Shown one piece after another: positions 25,021 through 38,460 of a stretch of 64,000 bases of DNA. The DNA comes from Mobula birostris (lineage: Eukaryota), in NCBI RefSeq assembly GCF_030028105.1, contig NC_092380.1:70429717-70493716 (forward strand), given 5' to 3'. The notes under the pieces are model-generated. The model made no database searches and was not told the origin of the DNA. It worked only from the letters and a program-made list of their open reading frames with translations. The position numbers were made by a program, and so were the translations under genes. How positions within the stretch are numbered: the stretch's first letter is position 1; every line of letters begins with the position of its first letter.

Positions 25021-25599
25021 TATTTTTTCAGAGCTCAAGCTGGTAAAACTTGAGATATGGGCAGAGCCAAGCATACTCATTTCTCAATTGCTCAAAACCT
25101 TTGGACTGTTCTAGTGCTGTTTAGTATTGTGGCTTTCTAGCTACTTACATAAATATTGCTGTGTAGGCCTAATTGTTTAATGTTATTTTGTAGTGAATTT
25201 GGACGATACCACTTGCAGATGTTACAACTGAGAGCATGTGTACCCTGTTCATGTTCCACTGTCTCTCAATTTCATCTTTTAATTCAGCATATTTCTTGTG
25301 TTTTTCACTTATTGATTTCTGTATGCTATGTGAGTTTGGAAGTAAGTTGTTCTTGCTTGTTTATCCTGTAATATCCGGTTAATTATTATGGATTGTCCTT
25401 TATGTAATCAAGGATTGCCTGTAATATCCAATCACAAACAAGAGAAAATCTGCATATGCTGGAAATCCAAGATGTTGGAGGGTCCTTCCAAAGGGTCTCT
25501 GCCCAAAACATCAACTGTACTCTTTTCCATAGATGCTGCCTGGTCTTCTGAGTTCCTCCAGCATTTTGTGTATGTTGCTTGTAATATAGTTTAATTTTA

Positions 25600-26690
25600 G
25601 AACTCTGACTATAAAACTGGATCAGGCTTGTATTTATAATAAGGTATGGTGTCTTTTATGAGTTTGTACCTTAAAGCAAGATTTTGATGAATGATGTGTC
25701 TCTGTAAGTAATCAGATTGTGTTAAACTGCTACAGGATCCTGTAATGTGTTGTGTTGTTTCTGGTTTCTCTTGGCATTTTCTGCACTTATCATCTTGAGT
25801 TTGTTGGGTTTTTAACATATTTTTGATTTTTATGTGTGTTAACCACCTGGTCCTATTTTGTTACAAGGAACCCCTCTGTTTCTGGGAAGCGGTCTCCAAC
25901 TCTGATCCAGGTGTTTGACACTTCATTGTCGACATCTAGTCTGCTCAGATTGTGGGGATGTCTTCCATTAGGAGTCATGCTCATCTACAGTGATAACTTC
26001 TTCATCTTTCTGTGTTGTCCTTTCATTTAAGTTTAGTGGCATGTTCTTCTTATCAGAATTGCATATATTCGTATGGAGTGCGGAATTCTGCTTTTGTTGA
26101 TGAAAATATATCCTGAGAAGTTTTATCTGACTGTTGTGTAAATGTTTTGTGCCTGTTATTCCTCTTCCTCCTTCTGTCCTAGATGGTGTTAATCCAAGTG
26201 CGCTCGAGTGTACATTGAGTTTGTCATTTCATTTCTTATTTTTCTTTGTAAATTTTCCAGATTGGTTTTGGACCAAGATATTATGCCAAAGGAATGTGTT
26301 AATATGGGTATATTGAAAGTGTTTATTGCCTTTGTTGTATTTTTTCTATTGAGCTCTGTTTGGCAGATTTTCTTCAGCCTGATGTAAATTCTTTTCAAAG
26401 TTTCCCCTTTATTGCAATATGATCTAGTTACTTTGCTTGTTGATATCCCAGATACTTATATGTTTCATTTTCATCCATTGGTTGTACTGTATCCTGCTGC
26501 TCTTGTTTTATATTCCACCAGCTCTACTGCACCTTTCTTTATGTTTAAGTATAAAGTTCATGTTGATATCTTTAGTTCTACTCTATGAATTAATTGCTTT
26601 AGATTTACTGATTAAGGAGCATATAATTTCAAATTATCTGTGTTTACAAGGTGTGTCAAGGTATAATTCATTTAGTTGTTTCTGATTTGT
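25600..26690 (-). mobile_element. R4/Dong (Rex6-like) REL-endonuclease LINE fragment
   Basis: CRKCQEKPETTQHITGSCSSL...YKYKPDPVL and KAINTFNIPILTHSFGIISW. Confidence 0.7.
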
Positions 26691-27285
26691 TACCCTATTT
26701 TCACCCAATTCAGTAATTTAGGGAGTGAGTTTAAAACTAAACAAAACCATGGAAACCCAGGTGCAGGCTTTCGTAAATAAAACAGCCGAGGTGCTTCTCG
26801 TTTAAGGAAAACCGTAACAACAACTTTATTCTTAACCAAGCACAGAACACGAAGTGCAGTAAAAAACTTGTCATTACCTCATCACGTCAGAGCAGACTCT
26901 TAAAGTGGACCCCAGCTCAATGTAGACGGTTCTGAATTATGTACGTTTCCACCCATTATGTTACCCTACGCAGGCCCCCCAGGATCCACCAGAACCGGCA
27001 TTGTGAGCCTGTCTGGAGCCTGGACAAGCTGCCCGGCTCAGGTCTGATGTCCCAAGGGTGGAGGAGCAGCAGGTGCCTCTGGCTTGTCCAGACATATGGT
27101 GACTTGCTCATGGTCATGTTGTCATGGTCCGATCCGTGATGTCCGCATTCCGGATCACGGTCCAGTCCGTGGACTCAGGACACCGGGTCTTCCAGCTATC
27201 CCTTGTTTGAGTTAATCATTGGCACCTGATTCCCATCTTTGGGCTTGCAATATAAGTAGCCTTGGGATTGAGTGTGGGCTGCTGG

Positions 27286-30200
27286 AGGTGTGACTGGAAG
27301 CTGGCTGTGTTTTGCTTGATGTGTGAGTGTGTTTTGGAACCTGTTGAGGGAAAGAGAGTGGGGAAGGAATGGAAATTGCTGGGAGGGGGTCGTGTGGGTC
27401 TGGTAATGGTGGACAAGATAAGAGGTGGGGTTGAGGGAAAGAAAGTGGAGAAGGAGAGGGATAGAGACTTGGGACCAGAGGTAGGTAGCTGGGGAGAGGT
27501 GGATTATCGTGAAGGGAGAAGTAAAGGGAATGAGGAGGTAGTGAGGGGTCAGATGAATAAAAACCAAGACAAAGGGAATAAAAGAATAAGAAATGATAGT
27601 GGAGAAAGCTCTGAAAGTGAGGAAGATGAACAAGCTCAGAGAGGAGGTGTTGTCATAATTAGGTTTAATGAGAAGGCTCAGGGACATATGAAGAAAATTA
27701 ACCTGTTTGTGCTAACAACAACTCTGACAAATAAGGTAGGGGAAATAGTATTTGCAAAAGTCCTTAATGATGGCAACTTATTGGTAAGATGTGTGAATGA
27801 GGAACAACTTGAGAAAGCACTCAAAGCTAAAAGAGATAGGAAAATGCAAGGTGGAATACACTGGGAGGGTGGGAGCACAAAACAGTGGTTGTAAAGGAGT
27901 GATCACGGGGATACCAATGAGTATAAATATGGAGGAGATAAAGAGGAATATCAAAGGAGGGAAAATAATGAATGTTCAAAGACTGAAAACAACAAAGGAG
28001 GGAGTGAAAAAGGAAAGTGAATCAGTATTGATTGAATTTGAAGAAGAAAGAGTGCCAAGGAAGGTGTTCCTGGGTTTCATGAGTTACCCAGTAAGGGTGT
28101 ATGTGCCAAAGCCACTGAGGTGCTATAATTGTCAAAGGTTTGGACACGTGGCTAAAAACTGTAAAAGGCAGAGGAGATGTGCTAGATGTGGGGGTGATCA
28201 TGAATATGGAAAGTGCAGAACAGGAGTTCAACCAAAATGCCGCAATTGTGGAGGAACTCATAATGTTGCATATAGTGGGTGTGAGGTTGTGAGACGGGAG
28301 ACTAAAATTCAAGAAATAAGAGTGAAAAGAAAGATCACTTATGCAGAAGCTGTAAGAATGTCAAGAGAACAGAATAATGTTCCTAATGAACAGGGAGCAA
28401 TAGGGATACGAGAGATGCAACAAAGAACAAATGACAGGATTTATGTAGACAAAAAGGCTCTAGTAACATTCATTGCAGGAGTGATTAATAGTACTGCTGA
28501 GATAAAGTCAAAAAGTGACAAAATTCAGCTGGTGGTAAAAGCAGCAGTAAATCATTTAGGGTTAGTAGGACTGACATGGGAGGAAGTGGGGCAGAACCTC
28601 AGTAATCAGTCAAGCCAGGAAGTGTCATGTGTTGGTTAATACTAATTATGGTGATTCTTTTACAATGGAATGCAAGGAGCTTACTGGCCAATAGCCAGGA
28701 ATTCAAGCACTTTATTAAAGAAATGGTTGTAAAACCGGATGTAGTGTGTATTCAGGTAACTTGGTTGAAACCAACTTTAGACTTTGTGGTATATGGGTAT
28801 ACAATAATAAGGAAAGATAGAAATCTAGGGGGAGGAGGGGGTTGTGCTATGTTAATCAAGCAAGGTATACCAAATAGGGTACTGGAAAAAGGAGATGATC
28901 AGGAATACATAGTGGTGGAAGTGTGGGAGAGAGGGGAGGGAGTGGTTATAATTAACTACTACAATCCATGTAAAAGGTTGGATTTGGACAGCCTATTAAA
29001 GATACAAGGACAAAACAGACATAAAGTAGTGTGGTGTGCAGATTTCAATGCTCATAGCACAATATGGGGGGATCAGATTACAGATCCAAATGGAAAGGTA
29101 ATTGAAGATTTGATGAAAGAAAGGGATTTGGTGTGTATGAATGATGGTAGCGGCACAAGGATAGATATAACAACAGGAACTGAGTCAGTGTTAGATATTA
29201 GGTTAGTGTCTAATACCTTGGCTGGCATTAGTAACTGGGGAGCTTGGACTGCTTCAACAGTAGGCAGTGATCACTACCCAGTTTTGTGTTCAGTGGGTGA
29301 AAGAGTTGAAGTAAGACCAGGTGGCGGAACCCCAAAGTGGGTGTTTGAAAAAGCTGATTGGGGTAAGTTCCAGAAGTTGAGTGAAGAAGGGTTGACAAAG
29401 ATTGATATTTCTGGAAATGTAGATGAATGAAACAGTCAGGTGACTTCAGCAATTATCATGGCAGCAGAAGGATCTATACCTAGGAGTAAAAATAGGATGA
29501 ATAGAAAATTGGTACCATGGTGGACAGAGGAATGTTGTCAGACTGTAAAAAACAGAAATAGAGCATTCAGGCTAGTTAAAAGAACCCATAATATGCAGCA
29601 TTTGGTTCAATATAAGAAAGCACAGGCAGTGGTGAGAAGAACTATACGTCAAGCTAAAAGGGCAAGTTGGAGGAGTTTTTGCGACAAGGTAGGAAGAACA
29701 ACACCTGTGGGAGAGATATGGGGAATGATTAAGAGGATGGGAGGAGATAGAAGGGAATGGGAATATCCAGTAATGATATCTGAGGAGGAAACTGCAGTCT
29801 CCAGTAGGGATAAGGCTGAGGTCATGGCCAAGTCATTTGTACTGATACACAGTTCAGAAAATTTGTCTGAAGAAGGGAAAGAATAATGAGCCAACACCCA
29901 GGTGTGTTAAGCAGGAGGGAAGGAACAGATGATATAATTGATGATCCATTTACATTAGCAGAAATGGTGAGAGCAATAAAGAGATCGAGACCAACCTCCC
30001 CAGGGAAAGATCTGATATGCTCTGTGATGCTAAAAAATCTAGGAGAAGGAGCGCTCTTGAATTGCTGCATTTTTATAACAGAGTGTGGGAGGAGGGAAGA
30101 TTACCAAGTGCATGGAAAGAAGCAGTAGTAATTCCAATAAGGAAGCCTGGCAAGGATCTGTCAAAACCCACTAGCTACAGACCAATTGCATTAACATCAA

Positions 30201-32570
30201 GTATATGTAAGATAATGGAAAGGATGATAACAAAAAGGTTATCATATGAGCTTGAGAAAAGGGGAATGCTGGCAAGTTATCAGAGTGGTTTTAGAAAGGG
30301 AGGGAATTCCATGGAGTCAGTGATTATGTTAGAGACTGAAATAAGGAAGGCCCAGGCAAATAGAGAGTCAGTAGTGGCAGTGTTCTTTGACATTGAAAAG
30401 CCGATGATATGATGTGGAAGGAAAGATTATTAATTAAACTGCACAAGATGGGGGTTGGTGGGAGAGTTTTTAATTGGATTAAAGATTTTTTGTTTGGTAG
30501 AAAAATTCAAGTTCGGATTGGATCAGAATTATCAAAACAGTACATAGTGGAAAATGGCACACCTCAAGGTAGTGTGATTAGCCCATTACTGTTCATGATT
30601 ATGATCAATGATGTCTTCACAAAGGTACCAGTGGATATAGGTAGGTCATTGTTTGCGGATGATGGGGCCTTGTGGAAAAGAGGCAGGAACATGGACCATA
30701 TAATCAGGAAACTACAAGAAGCAATTGATGAAGTGGTGGAGTGGGGTTATGATTGGGATGTAGATTTTCAGTAGACAAAACTCAAACTGTATTTTTTATC
30801 AGGAAAAGGGTTGAGGTAGGGAAGAAGTTAAGGATGTATGGGGTTGAATTAGAAAGGGTTGCATCATTTAAATTTCTGGGAGCTATATTTGATTCACGAT
30901 TAACATGGGCAGACCATATTAGGAAAGTTGAGGAGAAATGTAAAAAAGTAACAAATGTGATGAGATGTTTGACTGGTAGGGAATGGGGAGCAAGTTGTTC
31001 AGCTTTGAAGAGAATGTATGTGGCTTTAGTAAGATCTGTACTGGATTATGGAAATATAGTATATGGATCAGCAGCTAGGTCTCTTATAAGGAAACTGGAT
31101 GTGATTCAGGCTCAGGCCTTGAGAGTGTGCAGTGGGGCTTTTAAAACGTCACCAGTGTCAGCCCTACAGGTAGAAATGGGAATAATGCCTTTGGAACTAA
31201 GAAGGATGCAACTGATGGCAAACTACTTTGCTAACTTGCAGGGGCACAATGATTCTCACCCTACTAAAGGAGTGTTGCAGGAGTGCTGGGAAAATGGGAG
31301 GTTTCAGAGGGATACCTTTAGTCGGGTAGGGAATGATATTGCGAAAGAATGTGGAGTATTTGATCTGAGGATAAGTCCTTCAGTAGTTTATCCGGTTGTA
31401 GCTCCATGGAAGCTTGTATGGCCTGACATAGACTGGCATTTGTTAGAGGTAAAAAAGATATAAAACAGATTTGGTAAATGCATTTAACTGTCATGTGATG
31501 GAAAAGCATAGAGATTATACTCACATTTATACAGATGGTGCGAAGGAACCTGCAACAGGAGTGATAGGGTTTGGGGTGGTCATACCAGCAAAAGAAATTG
31601 GAATCAGCAGAATAACATCTAATAAGTTAGGAGTGTTTACAGTGGAGATGCTGGCGGTGTTGGTTGCGTTGCAATGGGTGCAGAAAGCCAGACAAGTCAA
31701 AGCATTGATATGTTCAGATTCATCCTCCGTTCTAGCAAGTTTAAGGTCTTTTCACACAAACAGTCGGCAAGATGTACTTTATGAAGTCCTTCAGTTAGTT
31801 ACAAGGATTGCAAATCAGGGAGGTCAGGTAAAATTTCTATGGGTTCCAGCACATGTAGGGGTGAAGGGGAATGAGAGGGTGGATGAGTTGGCAAAGAGGG
31901 CGTTAAAGAAAGAAAATGTGGAAATGCACATTAGTATCAGTAAAGCAGAGGTTAAGTGTGTAATCTGGGGAAAAAGTCAACCGAATGTGGCAAGAAAGAT
32001 GGGACAGGGAGGGGAAAGGGTGGCATTTATATCAAATACAAAAGAGTGTTGCAGTTACTAGGCTAGGTAATGGGAACAGAAGAGAGGAAATTGTGTGGAC
32101 TAGGTTAAGGCTGGGGCATTGTGCATTAAACAAAACATTGAAAATGATAGGGAAACACCAGACAGGATTGTGTGAGGAATGTCAGGAAGAGGAGTCAGTA
32201 GAACATGTAGTTCTGAGTTGCAGGAAGTATGGGATACAGAGAGAGATGATGAGAAATAAATTAAGGGAGTTGGGGATGCAGGAATTCACATTAAAAGGGT
32301 TGCTGGGCATGGGTGAGAGAGCACAAGTCCGGGTATTTTTAGCATTTTTAAGGGGTACAGGGGTTTTTTATAGAATATGACGAATAAACAGGAATAGGAT
32401 ACTAGGATGGTCAAAGATGGGAGGGTGAAGTGCGCGCGTGTGTGTGTACATGCGCGCGATTGAGTGAAGGGATTTAGAATGTATGTCTAGTGCACATTCT
32501 GGAGCAGAGGGTGGCGGTAATGCACCATTAAGCTGGATGCCAACCGCCGTAAAACAAGATACAGACAGAC
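27286..32570 (+). mobile_element. Full-length Nimb/I-clade LINE with 15-bp TSD; ORF1 (3 zinc knuckles) and ORF2 (APE-RT-RNase H-CCHC), disrupted
   Basis: TSD AGTGTGGGCTGCTGG at 27271-27285 and 32571-32585. Motifs CYNCQRFGHVAKNC, QWNARSL, SDHYP, LFADD, YTDGAK and CEECQEEESVEHVVLSC. One in-frame stop (29428-29430) and several frameshifts. Confidence 0.92.
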
Positions 32571-32879
32571 AGTGTGGGCTGCTGGTTTGTCTTGTCAGTC
32601 CCCCCGGAGCAACCTGCTGGTGGAAGGCTAGAACAGCCAATTGCCATCTTTAGGCTGTGTTGGGGAACCATCTCCTCATGGAGCCTTGCTGTCAGTAGTC
32701 GGAGTTGTCTTTGTGGTATGGATTTGGCTGTTTCCTGGGCCAGCTGAGTGGCTGCCAGCCACTCCAAGCTAGGTAGGGATCCGGCTGTTTCTGTAGCCAG
32801 CTGAGGTTGCTGGCTGAACTGAGACTTGGAGCTACCCCAGAGCAGAGATGGAACTGTCTGTTGTTCTTTGGTGTTTGTC

Positions 32880-33280
32880 TCCTCTTGTCCTTGCCTCTGT
32901 GGGGTAAGTCAGGCCGTCTTGCTGTTGCCCTGCGGGGGATCATGTCTTAGTTTGTCTCGTCCTCACCTCCATGGGGTAAGTCAGGCCGTCTTGCCATTGC
33001 CCCGCAGGGGGTCGTGTCTTGTCTTGTCCTTGCCTCTGTGGGTAAGTAAGGCCGTCTTGCTGTTGCCCCGTGGGAGGTCATGTCTTGTCTTGTCCTTGCC
33101 TCTGTGGGGTAAGTCAGGCTGTCTTGCTGTTGCCCCGTGGGGGGGTCATGTCTTGTCCTTCCCTTTGTGGGGTAAGTCAGGCTGTCTTGCCGTTGCCCTG
33201 CAGGGGGGGTACATGTCTTGTCTTTGCCTCTGTTGGGTAAGTCTGGCGGTCCTGCCGTTACCCAACAGGTGGACCTGTCC
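32880..33280 (+). repeat. About 6 imperfect tandem units (about 55-70 bp) inside the solo LTR
   Basis: Recurrent ctctgtggggtaagtcaggccgtcttgc. Confidence 0.85.
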
Positions 33281-33494
33281 CACCTTGGTGTGGAGATGAA
33301 GTTGAGTCCCGGCTTGTCGAAGGATAAGTCCCAGCTCTGTCTATGTTCTTTCCTGTCTCATGTTAGTGTTGTGTTAAAGATGAGTCCTGGCTTGTCGAAG
33401 GATAAGTCCCAGCTCTATGTTGATGTTCAGTTCCCAGTCTGTCTCTCAGCTGTAGCCTCTAAGTTATCAGCCTCCGCATTTCAAGATGACGATC

Positions 33495-33635
33495 CCCCAG
33501 TCAAGCTCCAAGAACCCAAGCCTCGAGGATCCCAAGCCAAGCTCCAAGAACCCAAGGCCCCAGCCTGCAGCCAAGCTCAAGAACCCAAGGCCCCAGCCTG
33601 CAGCCAAACTCAAGAACCTGGACCCCAAGCCTCAA
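33495..33635 (+). repeat. About 30-bp tandem units inside the solo LTR
   Basis: Recurrent ccaagctc(c)aagaacccaag. Confidence 0.8.
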
Positions 33636-34226
33636 GTCATGTCATGTCCTTGCCTGGTTCCGGGGTCCGAGCCCGAAGCAAGACCCAGGTTCCGAGTCCT
33701 TGTCCAGTCTCGGGCTCGGAGTCCAAGCCTTCTCTCCTAGTCCATGGTTCCTAGTCCTGGTCCTGCTTTCTCTAGCCGAAGTCTGCATTCTTGTCCCTGC
33801 TCCTGGTCTGAATCCTGTCATGTCCCTACTCTGGTCAAGTCCTGTTCGTTGTACTTCAGTGTCTGTGTCTTGCATCTGGATCTGTTTCCAGCACCCCATT
33901 TCTGACACATGTTGACTCTGGGAGCATGGGAGCAGAATCCTTCAAATGTTGGTGGGCTAATTGAAGGCTATCTACTGAAATACATTCCGATTTAACTATC
34001 TTATCTGTGATTAAAGTACTTTCTCTCTGTTTCAAAATGCAGAACAGGCCATCATAAGGGGATATTGGTGTGCATCATGGTCGATGAAAATGAATGAGGC
34101 AGAACGTAGGTCAACAGGAATCCAAGAGTACTGTCTATCATAATGGAAGGTAGGAATAGGTACAAAGGAATTGAGTTTACAGAGAAGGGCAGAAATTAGG
34201 AATAAAATCACCTGGCAAGGAAACCA

Positions 34227-34970
34227 TGTTTCTCAGGCTCCGTACGTCTAGGGTGTATGCAACTTTGGTCCTGCTAAACCCATGAGGTTGGGATATCTTG
34301 CCCACCCAAATCCCAGTTTGTGTGAATACTGTGAATTACTGTCCCCAACCCATCGTCATTGGCAAGAAATAACAGACCGTACACTGCATACAATTACAAA
34401 GAATACATAATTAAGAATGTTAACTTAAGCTACCCATTATTAAAGAAGAAAAACAAAAGGGCCCACCATAACTAAACAGTCAAATGTGCACATAAGTAGG
34501 ACCTCATCTTGCAGTTGTCTAACTCACGTGCTGGACCCTTAGTCTGCGTGAAAGGACACACCACCTTCCAAATGTCGCTCGAAATCCATCTCGAACAAAT
34601 GGGTTCTCCCACGGGAGTATTGGTCCTTCCTCTTTGAAACCATTCGTCTGCACAAAGCACCTTGTGCAACAGGGACGGCATCCTCAGCCATCTTCCCTCC
34701 TATCTTCTCCCAGCTCCTGCCAAAAAGAGGTCGACCCACACCTGTGTCCCTCTATATATTTAAAAAAAAATCCTCTCTGCCCAGCATTCTCTACAACCGT
34801 CTCCCAATTCCACCATCCTGATTGGCTGACACCACATTCGTAAGTTGAAGAGCAAAGCCCCTTATTTCAGCCCATACCCAAAAAAGGCTGACAGCAGAAC
34901 AGACTGCTCTTATAGAACTGCTAAGATGAAATATTGACAGCACAGCAATTAAAAACTTAATGGTGTTACA
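34227..34970 (-). mobile_element. Probable solo LTR
   Basis: Minus strand reads TGTAAC...AAACA. I could not confirm a TSD. Confidence 0.4.
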
Positions 34971-34999
34971 CCAGTAACTGTAAGTCTGAGGTTATAGAG

Positions 35000-35400
35000 G
35001 GAGGTTGACCAAGTTAGGACTTTATTTCTTGGAGCCTAAGAGACTGAGAGGAGCCTTATGGAGGTGGACAATATCTTGATGGCTCTGGATATGGTGAATG
35101 CACAAAGCCTTTCTCCCAAGGAAAGGGGATCAGAGAGAAAGACATCGGTTTAAGATGGGAAGGGAAAGATTTAAAAGGGACCCGAGGAGCAACTTCTTCA
35201 GAGTCAAATGTGTATGGAACAAGCTGACAGAAGTTGTTCAGGCAGGTACAATAACAATTTAAATAAAATTTGAACAGGTCCATGGATAGAAAATGTATAA
35301 GGGATACAGACCAAACAGGCAAATGGGATGAGCTATGATGGGCATCTTGGCACGAGATGGACTGAAGGACATGTTTCTGTACTGTATGGCTGCCGTGTAG
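35000..35400 (+). mobile_element. Old CR1 3' fragment
   Basis: Degenerate RRLRG.L.EV...RG.FF region and CR1-type tail. Confidence 0.5.
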
Positions 35401-37879
35401 CAACGTGCCAGAAGCTATATTCAAATCAGCCTTGGGCTACAGCACAGGTCCCATCTTTGCTTTATTTGGTAGTCATCTTACCGAACTACTTACAGCAAAT
35501 TATGGTGCACCCCTGCAATACAGGAGGAATGCATACCTAGAGAGCTATTCAAAATGATATTTTCCATAATGTCTAGGAAGTTTTTACTCTCTGCCCCGCT
35601 GGTTGCCCAATCTGTAGACAAGAGAATGTGGACTGTATTGTAGACAGAAGTGAAGGTTGCTGTTGTAATTATTTCTGTTACCCAAGCTGTATAATGTGGT
35701 AGCTTTGCTAAGCCAGAGTCAATTTAACAGTTGTTCACTTCAGTGCTGGACTGTGAATAAGATTTTCTATTTAAAGCAAAAAGGTATTTTTAATGCCAAT
35801 CTGAAAGAAAATGTCATTTTTGTTAATATATAAATCTCAGATAACCTGGCATCCTCGGGACTTTGGTGGTGTAAGCCTCACAGATGCTTTAAATTATTTG
35901 ATGCTTGTCTATTATCATGAAAGCAATTTCATTTCTTTGTTTCACATGTTACATAGTATTATAAAATTTTTCCAATGAAAGAGTACAGGGAATAGAACCC
36001 AAGCAATTTCAGATTGACTACGGGTATCCCAGCACTTTCTCACATTGGATCCCCAGCTTTGGCCACATAACACAAACCAACTCACACTCTTTAGAGTGTA
36101 GATGGTGCACAAGCATTAGGATTTCTGAACAACTGCGTGTAGCCTTTTCAGTTTTAAATGTATTAGTACTTGGTAATCCTTGCATTTACATAGTGAAATG
36201 AAGGAAAGAGCCTCCCAAGGTATTCTGAAAGAGTGATTTTGTCCAAATTCAATACATTAAATCACAGAAATCACACAAATGACTTAGAATCTAAAATTAA
36301 GTCATTGGCTACTTTCTCAAATCATCCAAAAGAACCCCAACCTTGACGTGATTTGGAGGCTCATGTGCCTTAATGACCTGGAGAACTACAGCGGCTGAAG
36401 TCAGGGCTTTAAGCATTGGCTATTTGTTGGATCAGCCATGTTATACAGGTCAAAGGGTGGAAGCCAGACTAAGAGTGGTCCACTGATCCTCCAGGTTTGG
36501 GGGTTCAGCTCAGGGCTAACAACCTTGACTGATCAAACAAAACTGTTTGAAACAGCAATGAAGAATCCTTCTACATCTGAGTGCGACAGTATTCCTGAGT
36601 CTCCAGCTGGGACTTGCCTAACTGACAGTAAACAGAGATGAAGCTACTGCCATGATGAAGGAAGCCCTGAACACTACTAGAGATGGAGGACCTTCATTGC
36701 CGGCCAAAACGCCAGTGGCGTAACATGCAAAACAAGATCTTCTTTTACTCAAATAAATGAAGTAAAACCTCCCAAACAAAGTTTTAAGCACTACTTTAAT
36801 CTATATACTACTAAAACTCTCATGCTCTGTCTGTCTGTTTGTGACCTCCAATTAGGGCAAACGGTGCATTACAGCGGCTCTTATTTTGGCTAACTCGAAT
36901 TAAAATACGCTAACTTAAAGAATGCAGGCGAAGTTCAGGGTTATATATCCGTATAAAATTGCTCATTCGCCAAAATCAACAGGCTCGCTTTCACCCGAGA
37001 GCCAATGTGCCATCATGGAAATAGGGACGCGACAGCCCGACGCATGCACACGGCCAGTCTCAGCAGCGACACCTACCGGAGCAAAAGGGCAGGGCAGCTC
37101 TATTTCGAGGGGTCACATTCTGCTAATCACCATCAGCATGTGCAGGATTGGGACAGATCTAATTGCCACCCATCAATATGAGATAATTAAATCTTATTGT
37201 AATGACGTACTTTGAGACACCCATAAAACCCTTTGCCGCAGTCAAAGGACAGTGGTAACTATATCATGTCCATTTAGGGTAGCGCCAACCACATCATCAA
37301 GAACAGCGGTCCCCAACCACCGGGCCGCAAAGCATATGCTACCGAGCCGCAAGGAAACGATATGAGTCAGCTGCACCTTTCCTCATTCCCTGTCACGCAC
37401 TGTTGAACTTGAGCATAGGGTTGCCAACTGTCCTGTATTTGCTGGGACATCCCATATATAGGGCTAAATTGGTTTGTCCCATACGGGACCGCCCTTGTCC
37501 TGTATTTCCTCCACTATGAAACCTTCCGTGCCGAAATGGCATAAAGCAAAGAAACAATTACCATTAATTTATATGGGAAAAATCTTTGAGCGTTCCCAGA
37601 CCCAAAAGATAACCTACCAAATCATACCCAATAACACAAAACCTAAAATAACTCTAACATATAGTAAAAGCATTAATGATATGATAAATACACAGCCTAT
37701 ATAAAGTAGAAATAACGTATGTACAGTGTAGTTGGGAAGATTAAGCCAAAACTGATTTGTGGAAAAAAAAAACTGGCATGTACGCGCACGTCACATATGC
37801 GAACGTCATTCATGCGCACACAGGTGCCTGTGCAAGGCTTCATGGTCATGGTAGTCTTTCTCAGGGAAAGACAAGTGTC

Positions 37880-38460
37880 CCGTCAACACACAAAAAATGC
37901 TGGTGAATGCCGCAGGCCAGGCAGCATCTAAAGGAAGAGGTACAGAAGATGTTTCGGGCCAGGACCCTTCATCAGGTGCAGTCGACATTTCAGGCCGAGA
38001 CCCTTCGTCAGGACTAACTGAAGGAAGAGTGAGTAAGGGATTTGAAAGTTGGAGGGGGAGGGGGAGATCTAAAATGATAGGAGAAGACAGGAGGGGGAGG
38101 GATGGAGCCAAGAGCTGGACAGGTGATTGGCAAAAGGGGATACGAGAGGATCATGGGACAGGAGGTCCGGGAAGAAAGACGGGGGGGGGGGGGGGACCCA
38201 GAGGATGGGCAAGAGGTATATTCAGAGGGAGAAAAAGGAGAGTGACAGAAAGAATGTGTGCATAAAAAAGAGTAACAGATGGGGTACGAGGGGGAGGTGG
38301 GACCTAGCGGAAGTTAGAGAAGTCGATGTTCATGCCATCAGGTTGGAGGCTACCCAGACGGAATATAAGGTGTTGTTCCTCCAACCTGAGTGTGGCTTCA
38401 TCTTTACAGTAGAGGAGGCCGTGGATGGACATGTCAGAATGGGAATGGGATGTGGAATTA
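37880..38460 (-). mobile_element. Penelope-like 3' fragment (GIY-YIG end plus terminal repeat)
   Basis: HFNSTSHSHSDMSIHGLLYC...LEEQHLIFRLGSLQPDGMNIDFSNF. Confidence 0.85.
37945..38015 (-). ncRNA. Tandem minimal type I hammerhead ribozyme motifs (Penelope-associated)
   Basis: agtc-CTGACGA-agggtctcggcct-GAAA-tgtc-gact, followed by CTGATGA-agggtcctggccc-GAAAC-atc. Confidence 0.65.

Larger units (their letters stand above)
27120..33907 (+). mobile_element. Solo LTR (about 1.5 kb own length) with 5-bp TSD, interrupted by the Nimb LINE
   Basis: TGTCA (27120)...TGACA (33907) flanked by CATGT on both sides; TATA-like tataag near 27251. Confidence 0.8.

Noticed and set aside
32880-33635. CRISPR-like array
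   Set aside because: The units are contiguous degenerate tandem repeats without unique spacers, and the genome is eukaryotic.
32826-33754. Repetitive ORFs (Cys/Leu-rich and QEPKAPAC repeats) as host proteins
   Set aside because: They arise from tandem repeats inside a TSD-bounded solo LTR.
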